Part shown: in pieces, positions 10,440 through 19,528 of the stretch
Position numbering within the stretch: position 1 is the first letter of the stretch
Layout: each line of letters starts with the position of its first letter
Assembly: GCA_022072405.1 (NCBI GenBank)
Contig: JAJVHX010000017.1
Span: forward strand, 64,141-128,140
Reading direction: 5' to 3'
Origin: Phycisphaerae bacterium
Lineage (GTDB): Bacteria > Planctomycetota > Phycisphaerae > UBA1845 > CAIVHJ01
Length of the DNA: 64,000 nucleotides
Program-made: the position numbers and the translations under genes
Notes under the pieces: generated by a model
The model's input: the letters and a program-made list of their open reading frames with translations, nothing else
Told to the model about the DNA's origin: nothing
Database searches by the model: none

Positions 10440-11522
10440 TCATCCACCGAAACTATAGGTCACGGCGAAGCCACCATAAAATTCATCCTTGATTGTTCCA
10501 TTATCGTACGCATTACCCAGCGCATCGCTGTAATAGAGCAATCCGGAAAGGGCGATCGAACCCCACGGGTCAGGAATCTGCAGGAGCTTGGTCAGGTCAT
10601 AAGTCAGGTCCAAACCCCAGACCATCGTCGCCAGACGGGTCGTATGATCGCCGTCACGCACCGCCGTGAAATACTTGTAGTAATTGTGATCAATACCCAG
10701 CGTCCAGCTGGGGGTGAGGGAGAGATCCTCGGTCAGGGCAAATTTATGGCTTAAGCCCACTTCCATCCATTGCGCAGTGCCGCTGCCGATGCCACAATCC
10801 ATGGCATAAAAAAAGCTCGGATTCAAGATGCCCTCTTCATTATCCGGCCATAACCACTTCCACATCCACGCATCATTGTGGTCCAGACGAAACCACCATT
10901 CATGGGTGTGGTTATTGTGATTGTTACTGGGATCCCGGTCCAGGTTTAGTGGCCGCGATAAACCGGGATAATTGAAATGTGTCCAGCCTACTTTGAAATT
11001 GGTAGCGATCGGATCAATCGGGTGGGAATACCAGACCGTTAAGTCCACCTCCTGAAGATCCGAATCAGCGTAGGGGTTAATCTCATCCTGGGCGGCATAC
11101 CACTCGAACCAGGTATCAAATCCAAATGTGCCCCATTCGCCGAAACTGTAACTGACCGACGTTGACATCTGATGATTGACATCTTCGTCGCCCTCCGCGG
11201 GAAAATCGGAAAAGTTTATACCTCGGAAGATATAATCGCTGAACAGGGCATAACGAATACTGAACGTCAATGGATTGCTGGCACCTTCTTCCGCCGCCGT
11301 CGGGGCCGGGGCATCGGCCGAATCCAGCGCCGGCTGGTCAGGCGGGGGAGCGGGTTGCTCATCGGCCTGCAGTCGGAAACTGGTCAATTGCGGTGAGGTT
11401 GTTCCGGAATCAGTGTTCTGGGCCAAGGCACCATGAACCATCCACCAACCCGATAGCACCAGACCCAGTGTGATAGTTTTACTCAGTGACATGATGCTGT
11501 TTCCTAAAATAGCAAAAGCCAA
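10440..11522 (-). CDS. putative outer-membrane beta-barrel protein (Gcw_chp/TorF-like)
   Basis: Signal peptide MSLSKTITLGLVLSGWWMVHGALAQ. SDYIFRGINFSD resembles the SDYvfRGis motif of the Gcw_chp family. Alternating aromatic/polar strands, C-terminal ...AVTYSFGG. The start could be 11492 instead of 11522. Confidence 0.65.
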   Translation of the reverse strand: MAFAILGNSIMSLSKTITLGLVLSGWWMVHGALAQNTDSGTTSPQLTSFRLQADEQPAPPPDQPALDSADAPAPTAAEEGASNPLTFSIRYALFSDYIFRGINFSDFPAEGDEDVNHQMSTSVSYSFGEWGTFGFDTWFEWYAAQDEINPYADSDLQEVDLTVWYSHPIDPIATNFKVGWTHFNYPGLSRPLNLDRDPSNNHNNHTHEWWFRLDHNDAWMWKWLWPDNEEGILNPSFFYAMDCGIGSGTAQWMEVGLSHKFALTEDLSLTPSWTLGIDHNYYKYFTAVRDGDHTTRLATMVWGLDLTYDLTKLLQIPDPWGSIALSGLLYYSDALGNAYDNGTIKDEFYGGFAVTYSFGG

Positions 11523-11525
11523 TTT

Positions 11526-11717
11526 CTAAATAGCCAAGCCACCGGAAATCGATCCCCAGACCGCATTCAATAAAGAAATGGCTATCCCTGATACCGCCGC
11601 AGTGCCGACGTTATCCGCCTGGACCGCCCAGAAGTTATCCAGCGTGCAGCCGACTCCGCTGACCAGACATAAAACACTCACTAACCACAGGCTCCAATTT
11701 GACTTAAACTTGTGCAT
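11526..11717 (-). CDS. small (63 aa) secreted or lipoprotein-like protein
   Basis: The ATG at 11717 is preceded by a strong AAGGAG 7 nt upstream. MHKFKSNWSLWLVSVLCLVSGVGC is a signal peptide with a non-canonical lipobox. Its stop lies 3 nt from the start of the downstream barrel gene. Confidence 0.55.
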   Translation of the reverse strand: MHKFKSNWSLWLVSVLCLVSGVGCTLDNFWAVQADNVGTAAVSGIAISLLNAVWGSISGGLAI

Positions 11718-12450
11718 CCTTGTGCTCCTTAAATGATGGATTCGAAACGTCGGCATTCTATATATTGCTTATTGACATCGCAAGCGTATTCAGAGTAGCA
11801 GACTCAATCATAGTAGAAAAATATTCATGATATCGTTCGGGGAAATTACTACTGATCATCGTTCTTATTGATAGTTTATTTTCATCTCAACGGTAGCAAA
11901 GGGAAGTTCAGGTACTTCAACAACCCGTCTGATGCAATTTCATAGTAAGCCAGCTTGATGCATCAGTATTTTGCATGCATGGGACAAAGCCAAATTTAAT
12001 TCAGTACACAAATTGAGCGACTTTCTAAACGACATTATTTACCAGCCAATAATATTGGGAATATATCGCGTTGCAGATCAGAATGTTGTTAATAGTTACG
12101 GACAACGCGTAAAATTTATGTAATGATCTGGAACTGAGACTCGCTGAAGTAGTCTACCGATCAGCAGACAGCAACATGTTCTGATTATGAAAAGGTCTAA
12201 GGAATGAGGATGTTAAACTCTTTTGTCACGTAAGCTGTCGATATTGTAACTCATTACCATGCTACAGCTTCGGATGCCATTACAACCTGTTAATAAAACT
12301 CGGACAATGATACGGCATCGGCTGACGGATTGGGTTAGAATAGCTGCTAGGGTAATAAACTCATCCATTATTATTCAAATGCCTAAATTGAGGGACCAAA
12401 GCGTGCTTGAGCGACCAGTTACTACAGAGTTCCGTAGACATGTATCTTGT

Positions 12451-14526
12451 ATGCAGGTCTATTCTACTGTTTTATTGTATCCTCACATTTGCGGGATTAT
12501 TCGCTGGATTGCCGGCGTCATAATCTTTCTGGCAGTTATGACAGCGGATTTATCTGCTCAGCAAGGTTCAGCCCAATCTACACCCTCTGTGCCACCGGAA
12601 TCTCAGCCGTTTCGTCCCTTTGCAGATTTCAATGAAGTTCCCGTTACCGATGCCGAAAAAATTGCTCGCTTGCAACGGGCCATCCAGGATGCCCAGAAAC
12701 GCATCAGCGAGATTCAGGTCCAATTAGCCGACCCGCAGTCGGAATATGCACTGGCCGAAGCTGACTTTTCACAGATTGATCAATTGATCTCTGAAAAAAT
12801 GGTGGATTTAAAGCAGTTTCGAGCAGTCGGTGATACCGCCTCTGCTGAGCAGCTGGATGCCGAAATCAAACAGTTGGATGTCAAATGGGAACTGGCCCGT
12901 AAACGCTTTGATCTGGCGATACAGGAGCGCAAAACTCAACAAGAACAATTGACCGCTCTGGAGAAGAAAATTGAGAAAGATCAGGTGGCGTTGAACAAGC
13001 TGCAGGGCACAACTTCTGCCCCGGCGACGGAGGGTATAAGCCAGGAAACAGCTCCCGTGACGAGCATTGTTTCAGCCACTCAGCCAGCGATTGTCCCAGC
13101 AGTGGAAGCAAAACCAGAAAACCAGACGATATCCGCTCCGGTATCGTCGGCTGAGCCAGCCCGGGGAAATACACCCGTCCAGCCGCCGCGCGAAGAGGTG
13201 CTCAAGGCTCGCCAGGAAGCGGAGATCAAGGCCGCCGAAGCCCATGAAGCGGCTCAGGATGTCCAAACGATTGAAGAACGCCTGGCGGCTTTGAATACCG
13301 CCATTGAAAACGAAAGAAAATTATTGGAAACCGCTCAACAGCGGGCCACAAATGAACAGGATACTGAACGCACTCTTTATGACCAGTTCAAGAACAGCTG
13401 GGAACAGGAAATGACCGCCGAGCAGCGGACCAAGCTGCGCGACGAATTGAGCAGTGTGCGTGAACGGCTGCAAGTGGCGCAGACGGAAATTAATTCCCAC
13501 AATTCTCGTTTGAATCAGTTGCAGAATGAATTGAATTCGCTGTTGAGCGAACGATTAGCCGCCCAGGGAAAGGCGGATGAGAAACAACAGGAAGCGCAGA
13601 CTGCCGCCAAGGAAGTCGCCCGCCTGGAAAGTCCCTTTGCTCTGGGGAATATTCGAATCTGGCTACTGACGCACGGAGTTCGGATTGTCGGCATTATTCT
13701 GTGCATGATGCTGTTATTGTGGATGGCTCGTAATGGGGAGGGCTATCTGATCAAACTGCTCGCCGGGCGCAATGATCGCGGCAGCATGGAAGATCGTCAG
13801 AACCGCGCCCACACGCTGGCTTCGGTATTTCGCAGTGCGGCACGTCTGGTCATCATCATCGGCGGTATGCTGATGCTGCTTACGGAATTGAATGTGAACA
13901 TCGCTCCCTTGCTTGGAGGTGCTGCCGTTCTGGGTTTGGCGGTGGCTTTCGGTGCCCAGAATCTCATTCGCGATTTTTTCTACGGTTTTATGATCCTGCT
14001 GGAAAACCAGTACATGATCAACGATGTGATCAAGGTCGGCGATATTTCCGGCCAGGTGGAGCGCATCACGCTGCGCTTGACGGTGCTGCGCGGATTGGAT
14101 GGCACGGTTCATTTTGTGCCCAATGGAGAAATTTCCAAAGTCAGTAACATGACTCATGGCTGGTCTCGCGCCCTGTTCGACATCGGGGTGGCCTACAAGG
14201 AAGATATCGATGAGGTCATGAAAGTTTTGACCGATCTGGGGCGGGAATTACGCCGTGATCCCGAATATCGTGATCTGATTCTGGATGATCCGGAAATGCT
14301 CGGCCTGGATGAATTTGGCAATTCGGCGGTGATCGTCAAGTTTCTGATTAAAACACGACCGCTCAAACAGTGGCTGGTGCGGCGGGAGATGCTGCGGCGG
14401 ATCAAGATACGCTTTGACCAACTGGGCATTGAGATTCCTTTCCCGCATCAGACGGTCTATCATCGATATCCGGGAAATTCGCCCCAGGCTCGACTGGCTG
14501 AGCAGATGGCAGCCGAGGGTGATTGA
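12451..14526 (+). CDS. mechanosensitive ion channel (MscS family) with long periplasmic coiled-coil N-domain
   Basis: C-terminal MscS core (LGGAAVLGLAVAFGAQNLIRDFFYGFMILLENQYMINDVIKVGDISGQVERITLRLTVLRGLDGTVHFVPNG). Signal-like segment after the ATG at 12451. The ORF-track start at 12259 adds 64 aa of AT-rich, non-protein-like sequence. Confidence 0.85.
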   Translation: MQVYSTVLLYPHICGIIRWIAGVIIFLAVMTADLSAQQGSAQSTPSVPPESQPFRPFADFNEVPVTDAEKIARLQRAIQDAQKRISEIQVQLADPQSEYALAEADFSQIDQLISEKMVDLKQFRAVGDTASAEQLDAEIKQLDVKWELARKRFDLAIQERKTQQEQLTALEKKIEKDQVALNKLQGTTSAPATEGISQETAPVTSIVSATQPAIVPAVEAKPENQTISAPVSSAEPARGNTPVQPPREEVLKARQEAEIKAAEAHEAAQDVQTIEERLAALNTAIENERKLLETAQQRATNEQDTERTLYDQFKNSWEQEMTAEQRTKLRDELSSVRERLQVAQTEINSHNSRLNQLQNELNSLLSERLAAQGKADEKQQEAQTAAKEVARLESPFALGNIRIWLLTHGVRIVGIILCMMLLLWMARNGEGYLIKLLAGRNDRGSMEDRQNRAHTLASVFRSAARLVIIIGGMLMLLTELNVNIAPLLGGAAVLGLAVAFGAQNLIRDFFYGFMILLENQYMINDVIKVGDISGQVERITLRLTVLRGLDGTVHFVPNGEISKVSNMTHGWSRALFDIGVAYKEDIDEVMKVLTDLGRELRRDPEYRDLILDDPEMLGLDEFGNSAVIVKFLIKTRPLKQWLVRREMLRRIKIRFDQLGIEIPFPHQTVYHRYPGNSPQARLAEQMAAEGD

Positions 14527-14533
14527 TTTTGTT

Positions 14534-15901
14534 TCAGGCGAGATGTTGGCGTAATTGCCGCTTGAAGGTCGCATAATCAGCCGGGAGCGTGGAATACTGT
14601 TCCGTTCGTTCATCAAGTCCCGACAGGCTGGGCGGCAGGGGGGGATCGATCTGCAGAATCTGACGAATTTCTTCCGGAAATTTGGCGGGATGGGCCGTCT
14701 CCAGACTCACCACTAACTGGTGCTCAGCGTCCGGATGCTGATGCACATAATCCATTACACCAGCCCAGCCGACGGCGCCGTGCGGTTCAAGTAATACCTG
14801 GTGTCGTTGATAAGTCTCACGAATTGTATGTCGGGTGCGCTCATCAGAAACAGGGGTTGCGAAGAGGTCGCGGCGCATGGCGACCATATCTGCCGGCTCC
14901 CGCATCAAACCGGTCTCATCCAGCCAGCCACCATAGAGGTCTATCAGTCTGGCCAGATTCGAAGGGTGGCCAACATTCATCGCATTCGATAATCCCACAT
15001 GCGACGGCACAATTTTCTGATATTGCCCACTTTGCAGAAAACGCGGAAATTCATCATTCACATTGGTCGCAATAATCAGTTTATTAATCGGCAGGCCCAT
15101 CTTCCAGGCCAGCATCGCGCCCATCATATCGCCGAAATTACCGCTGGGTATGGAAAAGGTAATTGGTTCCCGCTGGGCGACCTCCGCCAACTGCAGATAG
15201 GCATACACATAATACACACTCTGCGGCAGCAGCCTTCCGATATTGATAGAGTTGGCTGACGATAAGTGGTATTTCCGAAAATCGGGATCGGCGAAGGCTT
15301 CCTTGACCAGTGCCTGGCAGTCGTCAAATTTCCCCGCTACCGCCCAGGTGGTGATATTATCACCCAGCGTCGTCATCTGGCGGCGCTGCCGATCGGAAAC
15401 TTCCGCCTGCGGAAACAGCACCACCACTCGAATACGCGGGACCCGATGAAAAGCATGCGCTACCGCGCTACCCGTATCACCGGATGTCGCAGTTAAAATG
15501 ATCAGTTCCTCAGCTTGTTGTTGCATCAGGTGGCTCATCCAGCGGGCCATCATGCGTGCGGCAAAATCCTTGAACGAAGCAGTCGGTCCGCGATCCAGTC
15601 GCAACAGGTAGTGACGTTGGGTGACCCGTTCCAGGGGCACCTGAAAGCTGTAGGCTTCGCGGCACCAGCTTCGTAATTGTTCAGGTGTCGCTAATTCAGC
15701 GGTGAAATGTTGCAGGACATATTCGGCGACTTCCGGATAAGAAGCTTGTTGAAATTCGCTCAGGCGGGACCAATCCAGTTGCGGTAAATGATCGGGCATG
15801 AATAACCCGCGATCGGCGGCCTGACCCTGCAACAAGGCTTCGGCAAGTGAGACGGGTGGCACCCGTCGATTGGTGCTGTAGTAGCGAAGGGGTCTGTTCA
15901 T
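14534..15901 (-). CDS. thrC: threonine synthase
   Basis: MNRPLRYYSTN..., PLP-lysine motif GPTASFKDFAARMM, TATSGDTGSAVAHAF. The ATG at 15901 has GAGG upstream. The longer ORF to 16072 would overlap the divergent gene. Confidence 0.9.
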   Translation of the reverse strand: MNRPLRYYSTNRRVPPVSLAEALLQGQAADRGLFMPDHLPQLDWSRLSEFQQASYPEVAEYVLQHFTAELATPEQLRSWCREAYSFQVPLERVTQRHYLLRLDRGPTASFKDFAARMMARWMSHLMQQQAEELIILTATSGDTGSAVAHAFHRVPRIRVVVLFPQAEVSDRQRRQMTTLGDNITTWAVAGKFDDCQALVKEAFADPDFRKYHLSSANSINIGRLLPQSVYYVYAYLQLAEVAQREPITFSIPSGNFGDMMGAMLAWKMGLPINKLIIATNVNDEFPRFLQSGQYQKIVPSHVGLSNAMNVGHPSNLARLIDLYGGWLDETGLMREPADMVAMRRDLFATPVSDERTRHTIRETYQRHQVLLEPHGAVGWAGVMDYVHQHPDAEHQLVVSLETAHPAKFPEEIRQILQIDPPLPPSLSGLDERTEQYSTLPADYATFKRQLRQHLA

Positions 15902-16037
15902 GGCCTCGTTATCATGCGTTATTCGCCAATGAAGTTCAAGAGCGGAGTACGGGAGCGGATTGGCGAACAGTAACGAATAAGGTAAGCTATCTGCAGGTCG
16001 ATCTGGGGGGAAGCCAACTTCCGCACGGGAGACGGTT

Positions 16038-17480
16038 ATGTATAACAGCCAGGTTGGTATTACCCCCGGCATGCAGCACTACATCGATCGCAACCAAGCC
16101 TATCTCGCCAAACGCGACCAATATATTCGCGACGTCGTCAAGCACTGGAAATTTGATACCATCGCGGTTCATGGGCTTTATTCCGTCGAGGAAGCCATCG
16201 AAGACTATCAGGGCGCCATCATCGAACCGATCTTCATGAGCAGTGCCCAGGCCTACCGCGATTCGGATGAAATGGCGGCGGCGCTGGCCTATCTGATTCC
16301 CACCTGGTGCTATTCACGTATCGCTAATCCGTCCACCTATTACTATGAGTGGACCCTCGCTCTGCTGGAGGGTTATGGTTTTAGCGGTGATACTTCCGCT
16401 TGTTCAACTTCATCGGGCATGGCTGCGATTATGACCGCCGTCCAGCCTTTCCTGGTGCATAAGGAGCACCATCACCACGAACCGCGTAATTTCATCGCCA
16501 CCGCCCAGTGTTATGGCGGCACTTTTCAGCAATTCAGCGTCCGCTTGATGGAAGAACGGGATATCGAGTGCCGCTGGGTAACCGACCCGACCAACATCGA
16601 GGAATGGGCCAGGCTGATCGATAAGAATACACGCTTCTTATATGGCGAGTTGCCCAGCAATCCGCAGCAGGGTTTCTTTGATATTCAGGCGGTGGCCGAT
16701 CTAGCCCACAGTCATCAGTTGCCTCTGATCTGCGACAGCACAGTAGCGACGCCGGCGTTATTGCGCCCGATCACTCACGGAGCTGATATTGTAGTTCAGT
16801 CCGCTACGAAAAGTCTGACTACCAGCGGCTTTGGGGTTTGCGGAGCGGTCATTGCACGCAAAAACCTCATGACCAATATCGATAATGACGAGTTGCGGCG
16901 GGACTTCGCTCTCTATATCAAATATTTGCCTAATCGGGACTATGGCCCCAATCTACATCCGCTGCAGGCCATCATGACCCTGAACGATATGCGCACGCTG
17001 CGCTCCAAGATGGATATGCTCAGCCGCAACACCCAGCAGATCGCTGAATTTCTGGCGACCCACCCGATGATTGAAAGCGTGGAATATCTGGGGCTGCCCA
17101 ATCATCCTCGACATGAACTGGCCAGCAAGTATATGTGGCTGGTTGATGCTGAGCACGACCCGCAATATCGCCAGCCGGTCAATCGTTATGGCCACCTCAT
17201 GTCCTTCTGTGTGCGCGGTGGAGCGGAAGCAGCTCGAAAGTTCTTTGACGGTTTGCAGCGCATTTGGCGGGCGACCGACCTGGGACGCATCAAGAGTGTG
17301 GCCACGATTCCCGCCATCTCCACTCACCAGCAGCAGGGTGAAGCAGGTCGCAAGCTTGCGCACATTCCTCCCAATCTGGTACGGCTCTGTGTCGGCGGCG
17401 AACATCCGCACGATATCATGGCTGATCTGGACCAGGCCCTGAATCGTCTGAATACCCGGATCACAACTGCCCATCGATAG
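16038..17480 (+). CDS. Cys/Met-metabolism PLP-dependent enzyme, O-acetylhomoserine sulfhydrylase-like
   Basis: YSRIANPST, ADIVVQSATKSLTTSG (PLP-lysine), LVRLCVGGEHPHDIMADLDQAL. GGAGA lies upstream of the ATG. Longer than typical MetY, so subfamily is uncertain. Confidence 0.8.
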   Translation: MYNSQVGITPGMQHYIDRNQAYLAKRDQYIRDVVKHWKFDTIAVHGLYSVEEAIEDYQGAIIEPIFMSSAQAYRDSDEMAAALAYLIPTWCYSRIANPSTYYYEWTLALLEGYGFSGDTSACSTSSGMAAIMTAVQPFLVHKEHHHHEPRNFIATAQCYGGTFQQFSVRLMEERDIECRWVTDPTNIEEWARLIDKNTRFLYGELPSNPQQGFFDIQAVADLAHSHQLPLICDSTVATPALLRPITHGADIVVQSATKSLTTSGFGVCGAVIARKNLMTNIDNDELRRDFALYIKYLPNRDYGPNLHPLQAIMTLNDMRTLRSKMDMLSRNTQQIAEFLATHPMIESVEYLGLPNHPRHELASKYMWLVDAEHDPQYRQPVNRYGHLMSFCVRGGAEAARKFFDGLQRIWRATDLGRIKSVATIPAISTHQQQGEAGRKLAHIPPNLVRLCVGGEHPHDIMADLDQALNRLNTRITTAHR

Positions 17481-17793
17481 AATGCGCTAGCATGTAGTAA
17501 AGAATTGTGTTGCTGGATTAGAGCTTAATAATAGTAATAACTATTAAGACAAATTCAGTTGCATATCATTGATCTCGGGGTATGTTTCAAATAATTCAAA
17601 CATCTGGTGAGAAAAATCATATATGTAACTCATTTGAATCGTTTCGGGATCATGTCCGTTAATCGCCGTATCTGAATACGATTGCACAGTGTAAGTATGT
17701 AGTAAATTCAGCAGACATGCTATGCGCTGTTGTCATGGCATGTCGCACAGTAGCAGTATGCGCATAATATATTTTACGAAAAAGGAGTAGAAC

Positions 17794-18153
17794 ATGGGGC
17801 AGAACGGGAAAAAACTGGTATTAAGCAAAGAAACAGTTCGTGTATTGTCTGAAAATGATCTTCGCCAGAGTCACGGTGCGGTATTGTGGTCCTGGTTCTG
17901 GTGCTGGAAAGGAAGCGCCAAAGTATCTGATACCGTCAGCAAAGTAATCAGTGGTGTATCCAGCGGTTCTGTGAGTGTGGCAACCAGCGTGGTTATTTCT
18001 GCAGAAACGACAATAATCGTCAGCGAATCGTCCTCCGTTACTTCTGTGGTTGTAACCAGTGCCGCTGCTTCGGTGTCAGGTGGAGCCAGTGCCAAGAGTT
18101 CTTACGATTTAAGTGGTGTAATCAGTGAATCAATCAGCACCATTATCACCTGA
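17794..18153 (+). CDS. small protein with double-glycine-type leader and Trp-rich / Ser-Val-Thr-rich core
   Basis: Strong SD AAAGGAG lies 6 nt upstream of the ATG and a perfect terminator lies downstream. Leader KKLVLSKETVRVLSENDLRQSHGA, then VLWSWFWCWKGS, then low-complexity S/V/T sequence. Confidence 0.65.
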   Translation: MGQNGKKLVLSKETVRVLSENDLRQSHGAVLWSWFWCWKGSAKVSDTVSKVISGVSSGSVSVATSVVISAETTIIVSESSSVTSVVVTSAAASVSGGASAKSSYDLSGVISESISTIIT

Positions 18154-18180
18154 TTGGTGATGTTAATCGTGTTACTTTCA

Positions 18181-18210
18181 GGCCCAGTGAAAATTTCACT
18201 GGGCCTTTTT
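18181..18210 (+). terminator. intrinsic terminator
   Basis: Perfect 11-bp stem GGCCCAGTGAA (18181-18191) / TTCACTGGGCC (18195-18205), loop AAT, then TTTTT. It overlaps the last codons of the convergent apgM gene. Confidence 0.75.
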
Positions 18211-19392
18211 ATTGATAAATTCCTGAATGAGTAGTTCGCCCTTCGGGGCATAATTATTCTGCTGAGCCGCTGCGGCTTCATGGAAACCTGAGGCTCCGGA
18301 GGCTGGTATATCAGTACCACAATAACAATACGGCGGGGGAGTGGCATCATGGGCCCGTGTGCTGACGGGTGTATAATGATCCGGAGCAATCAACATCCTC
18401 CATTCCGGATAGGAGCGTAAAGCTTCCCGCAGCGGACCGACAACATGACGATCTATCTCTTCCAGGGCTTTGACTTTTTCATGGGCTAACCCACGATGGC
18501 CCGCTTCGTCCGGAGCTTCGACATGGACCACCACCAGGTCGAAGCGGTCCAGAGCATCTACAGCGTACTGTCCCTTACCTGCAAAATTCGTATCCAGATA
18601 GCCAGTGATGCCCGGAACGTCAATATACTCCAGTCCCATCATCGCTCCCAATCCATGAATGATGTCCACGGCGGTAATCACCGCTCCGCGCAGGCCATAG
18701 CGTTCCCACAGCGTGGGCATGGATACCGGGCGTCCCTGACCCCACAACCAGATATGGGTTACCGGAATACGACCTTGCTGCCGCCGCCAGCGATTGACTT
18801 CGTGGTTTTGTAATAGTTGCGCCGCCTGCTGCATGATGTCACGTAATCGCTCGGCCCCCGCGCCGCTTGGCCAGTAATCATCTACCGGTTGATCGGGAAT
18901 GTCATGCGGTGGCTGGCATTTGACCTGCATGTGATCGGTATCTTTCAAAACCAGCAGATTCCGATAGGAGACTCCACTATAAAATTGGCAACCCTGTTCT
19001 CTGAATAGCTGGTTCAGATCGGCAATCAGTCGATCAGCTTCCGGCTGGTGGATATGATCGGCCGTGAAGTCGGTCATACGCCCGTCCAGTATGGTCACAA
19101 AATTGGAGCGAAAAACCATCTCGCCGGGCCCGACCGGAATTTGCCGCGCTGCAGCTTCAATAGGAGCGCGGCCGGTATAATAGCGTTGCGGTTCGTAACC
19201 AAATAATGTCAGACTGGCGACATCGGTGCCGGGAATAAACCCATCCGGCACAGTCTGGACCAGGCCCAGTCGTCCATGGGTGGCCACCCAATTCATATTC
19301 GGTTTCCCGGCTGCTTGCAGGGGTGTCTGATTACTCAGTTGTGGAACCGGGAAATCAGCGGCGCCATCCGGTAGAATGATGACATATTTCAT
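18196..19392 (-). CDS. apgM: cofactor-independent phosphoglycerate mutase, archaeal-type
   Basis: MKYVIILPDGAAD...GKPNMNWVA..., GTDVASLTLFGY and VVVHVEAPDEAGH are typical of the ApgM/metalloenzyme superfamily. Confidence 0.85.
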   Translation of the reverse strand: MKYVIILPDGAADFPVPQLSNQTPLQAAGKPNMNWVATHGRLGLVQTVPDGFIPGTDVASLTLFGYEPQRYYTGRAPIEAAARQIPVGPGEMVFRSNFVTILDGRMTDFTADHIHQPEADRLIADLNQLFREQGCQFYSGVSYRNLLVLKDTDHMQVKCQPPHDIPDQPVDDYWPSGAGAERLRDIMQQAAQLLQNHEVNRWRRQQGRIPVTHIWLWGQGRPVSMPTLWERYGLRGAVITAVDIIHGLGAMMGLEYIDVPGITGYLDTNFAGKGQYAVDALDRFDLVVVHVEAPDEAGHRGLAHEKVKALEEIDRHVVGPLREALRSYPEWRMLIAPDHYTPVSTRAHDATPPPYCYCGTDIPASGASGFHEAAAAQQNNYAPKGELLIQEFINKKAQ

Positions 19393-19528
19393 AGTGGTAG
19401 CTCTCCGGTGATATGGTATATCAAGTCATGAATTACTGGCCAAGATAACTATACTACACTATGATCGTCACTCTGAATATTTCGTAGAGCGTGGTCCGCC
19501 TGGATGGTAAATGAGGGGTTGAAGCACG

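Noticed and set aside
12259-12450. 64-aa N-terminal extension of the MscS-family gene given by the ORF track
   Set aside because: The extension lies in AT-rich DNA with Ile/Asn/Arg-rich, non-protein-like translation. The ATG at 12451 gives a hydrophobic signal-like N-terminus.
15902-16072. 57-aa N-terminal extension of thrC (ORF to 16072)
   Set aside because: It would overlap the start of the divergent metY-like gene and span the whole promoter region. MNRPLRYYSTN at 15901 matches the normal threonine synthase N-terminus and has an SD.
17871-18095. 74-aa antisense ORF inside the Ser/Val/Thr-rich small gene
   Set aside because: It is a low-complexity mirror of the plus-strand gene. Only the plus-strand ORF has a strong SD and a terminator.
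19393-19528. yybP-ykoY (Mn2+) riboswitch upstream of the TerC-family gene
   Set aside because: I looked for the conserved GGGGAGUAG and GAGACC-type elements because TerC/Alx genes often carry this leader. Neither is present in the 136-nt spacer.
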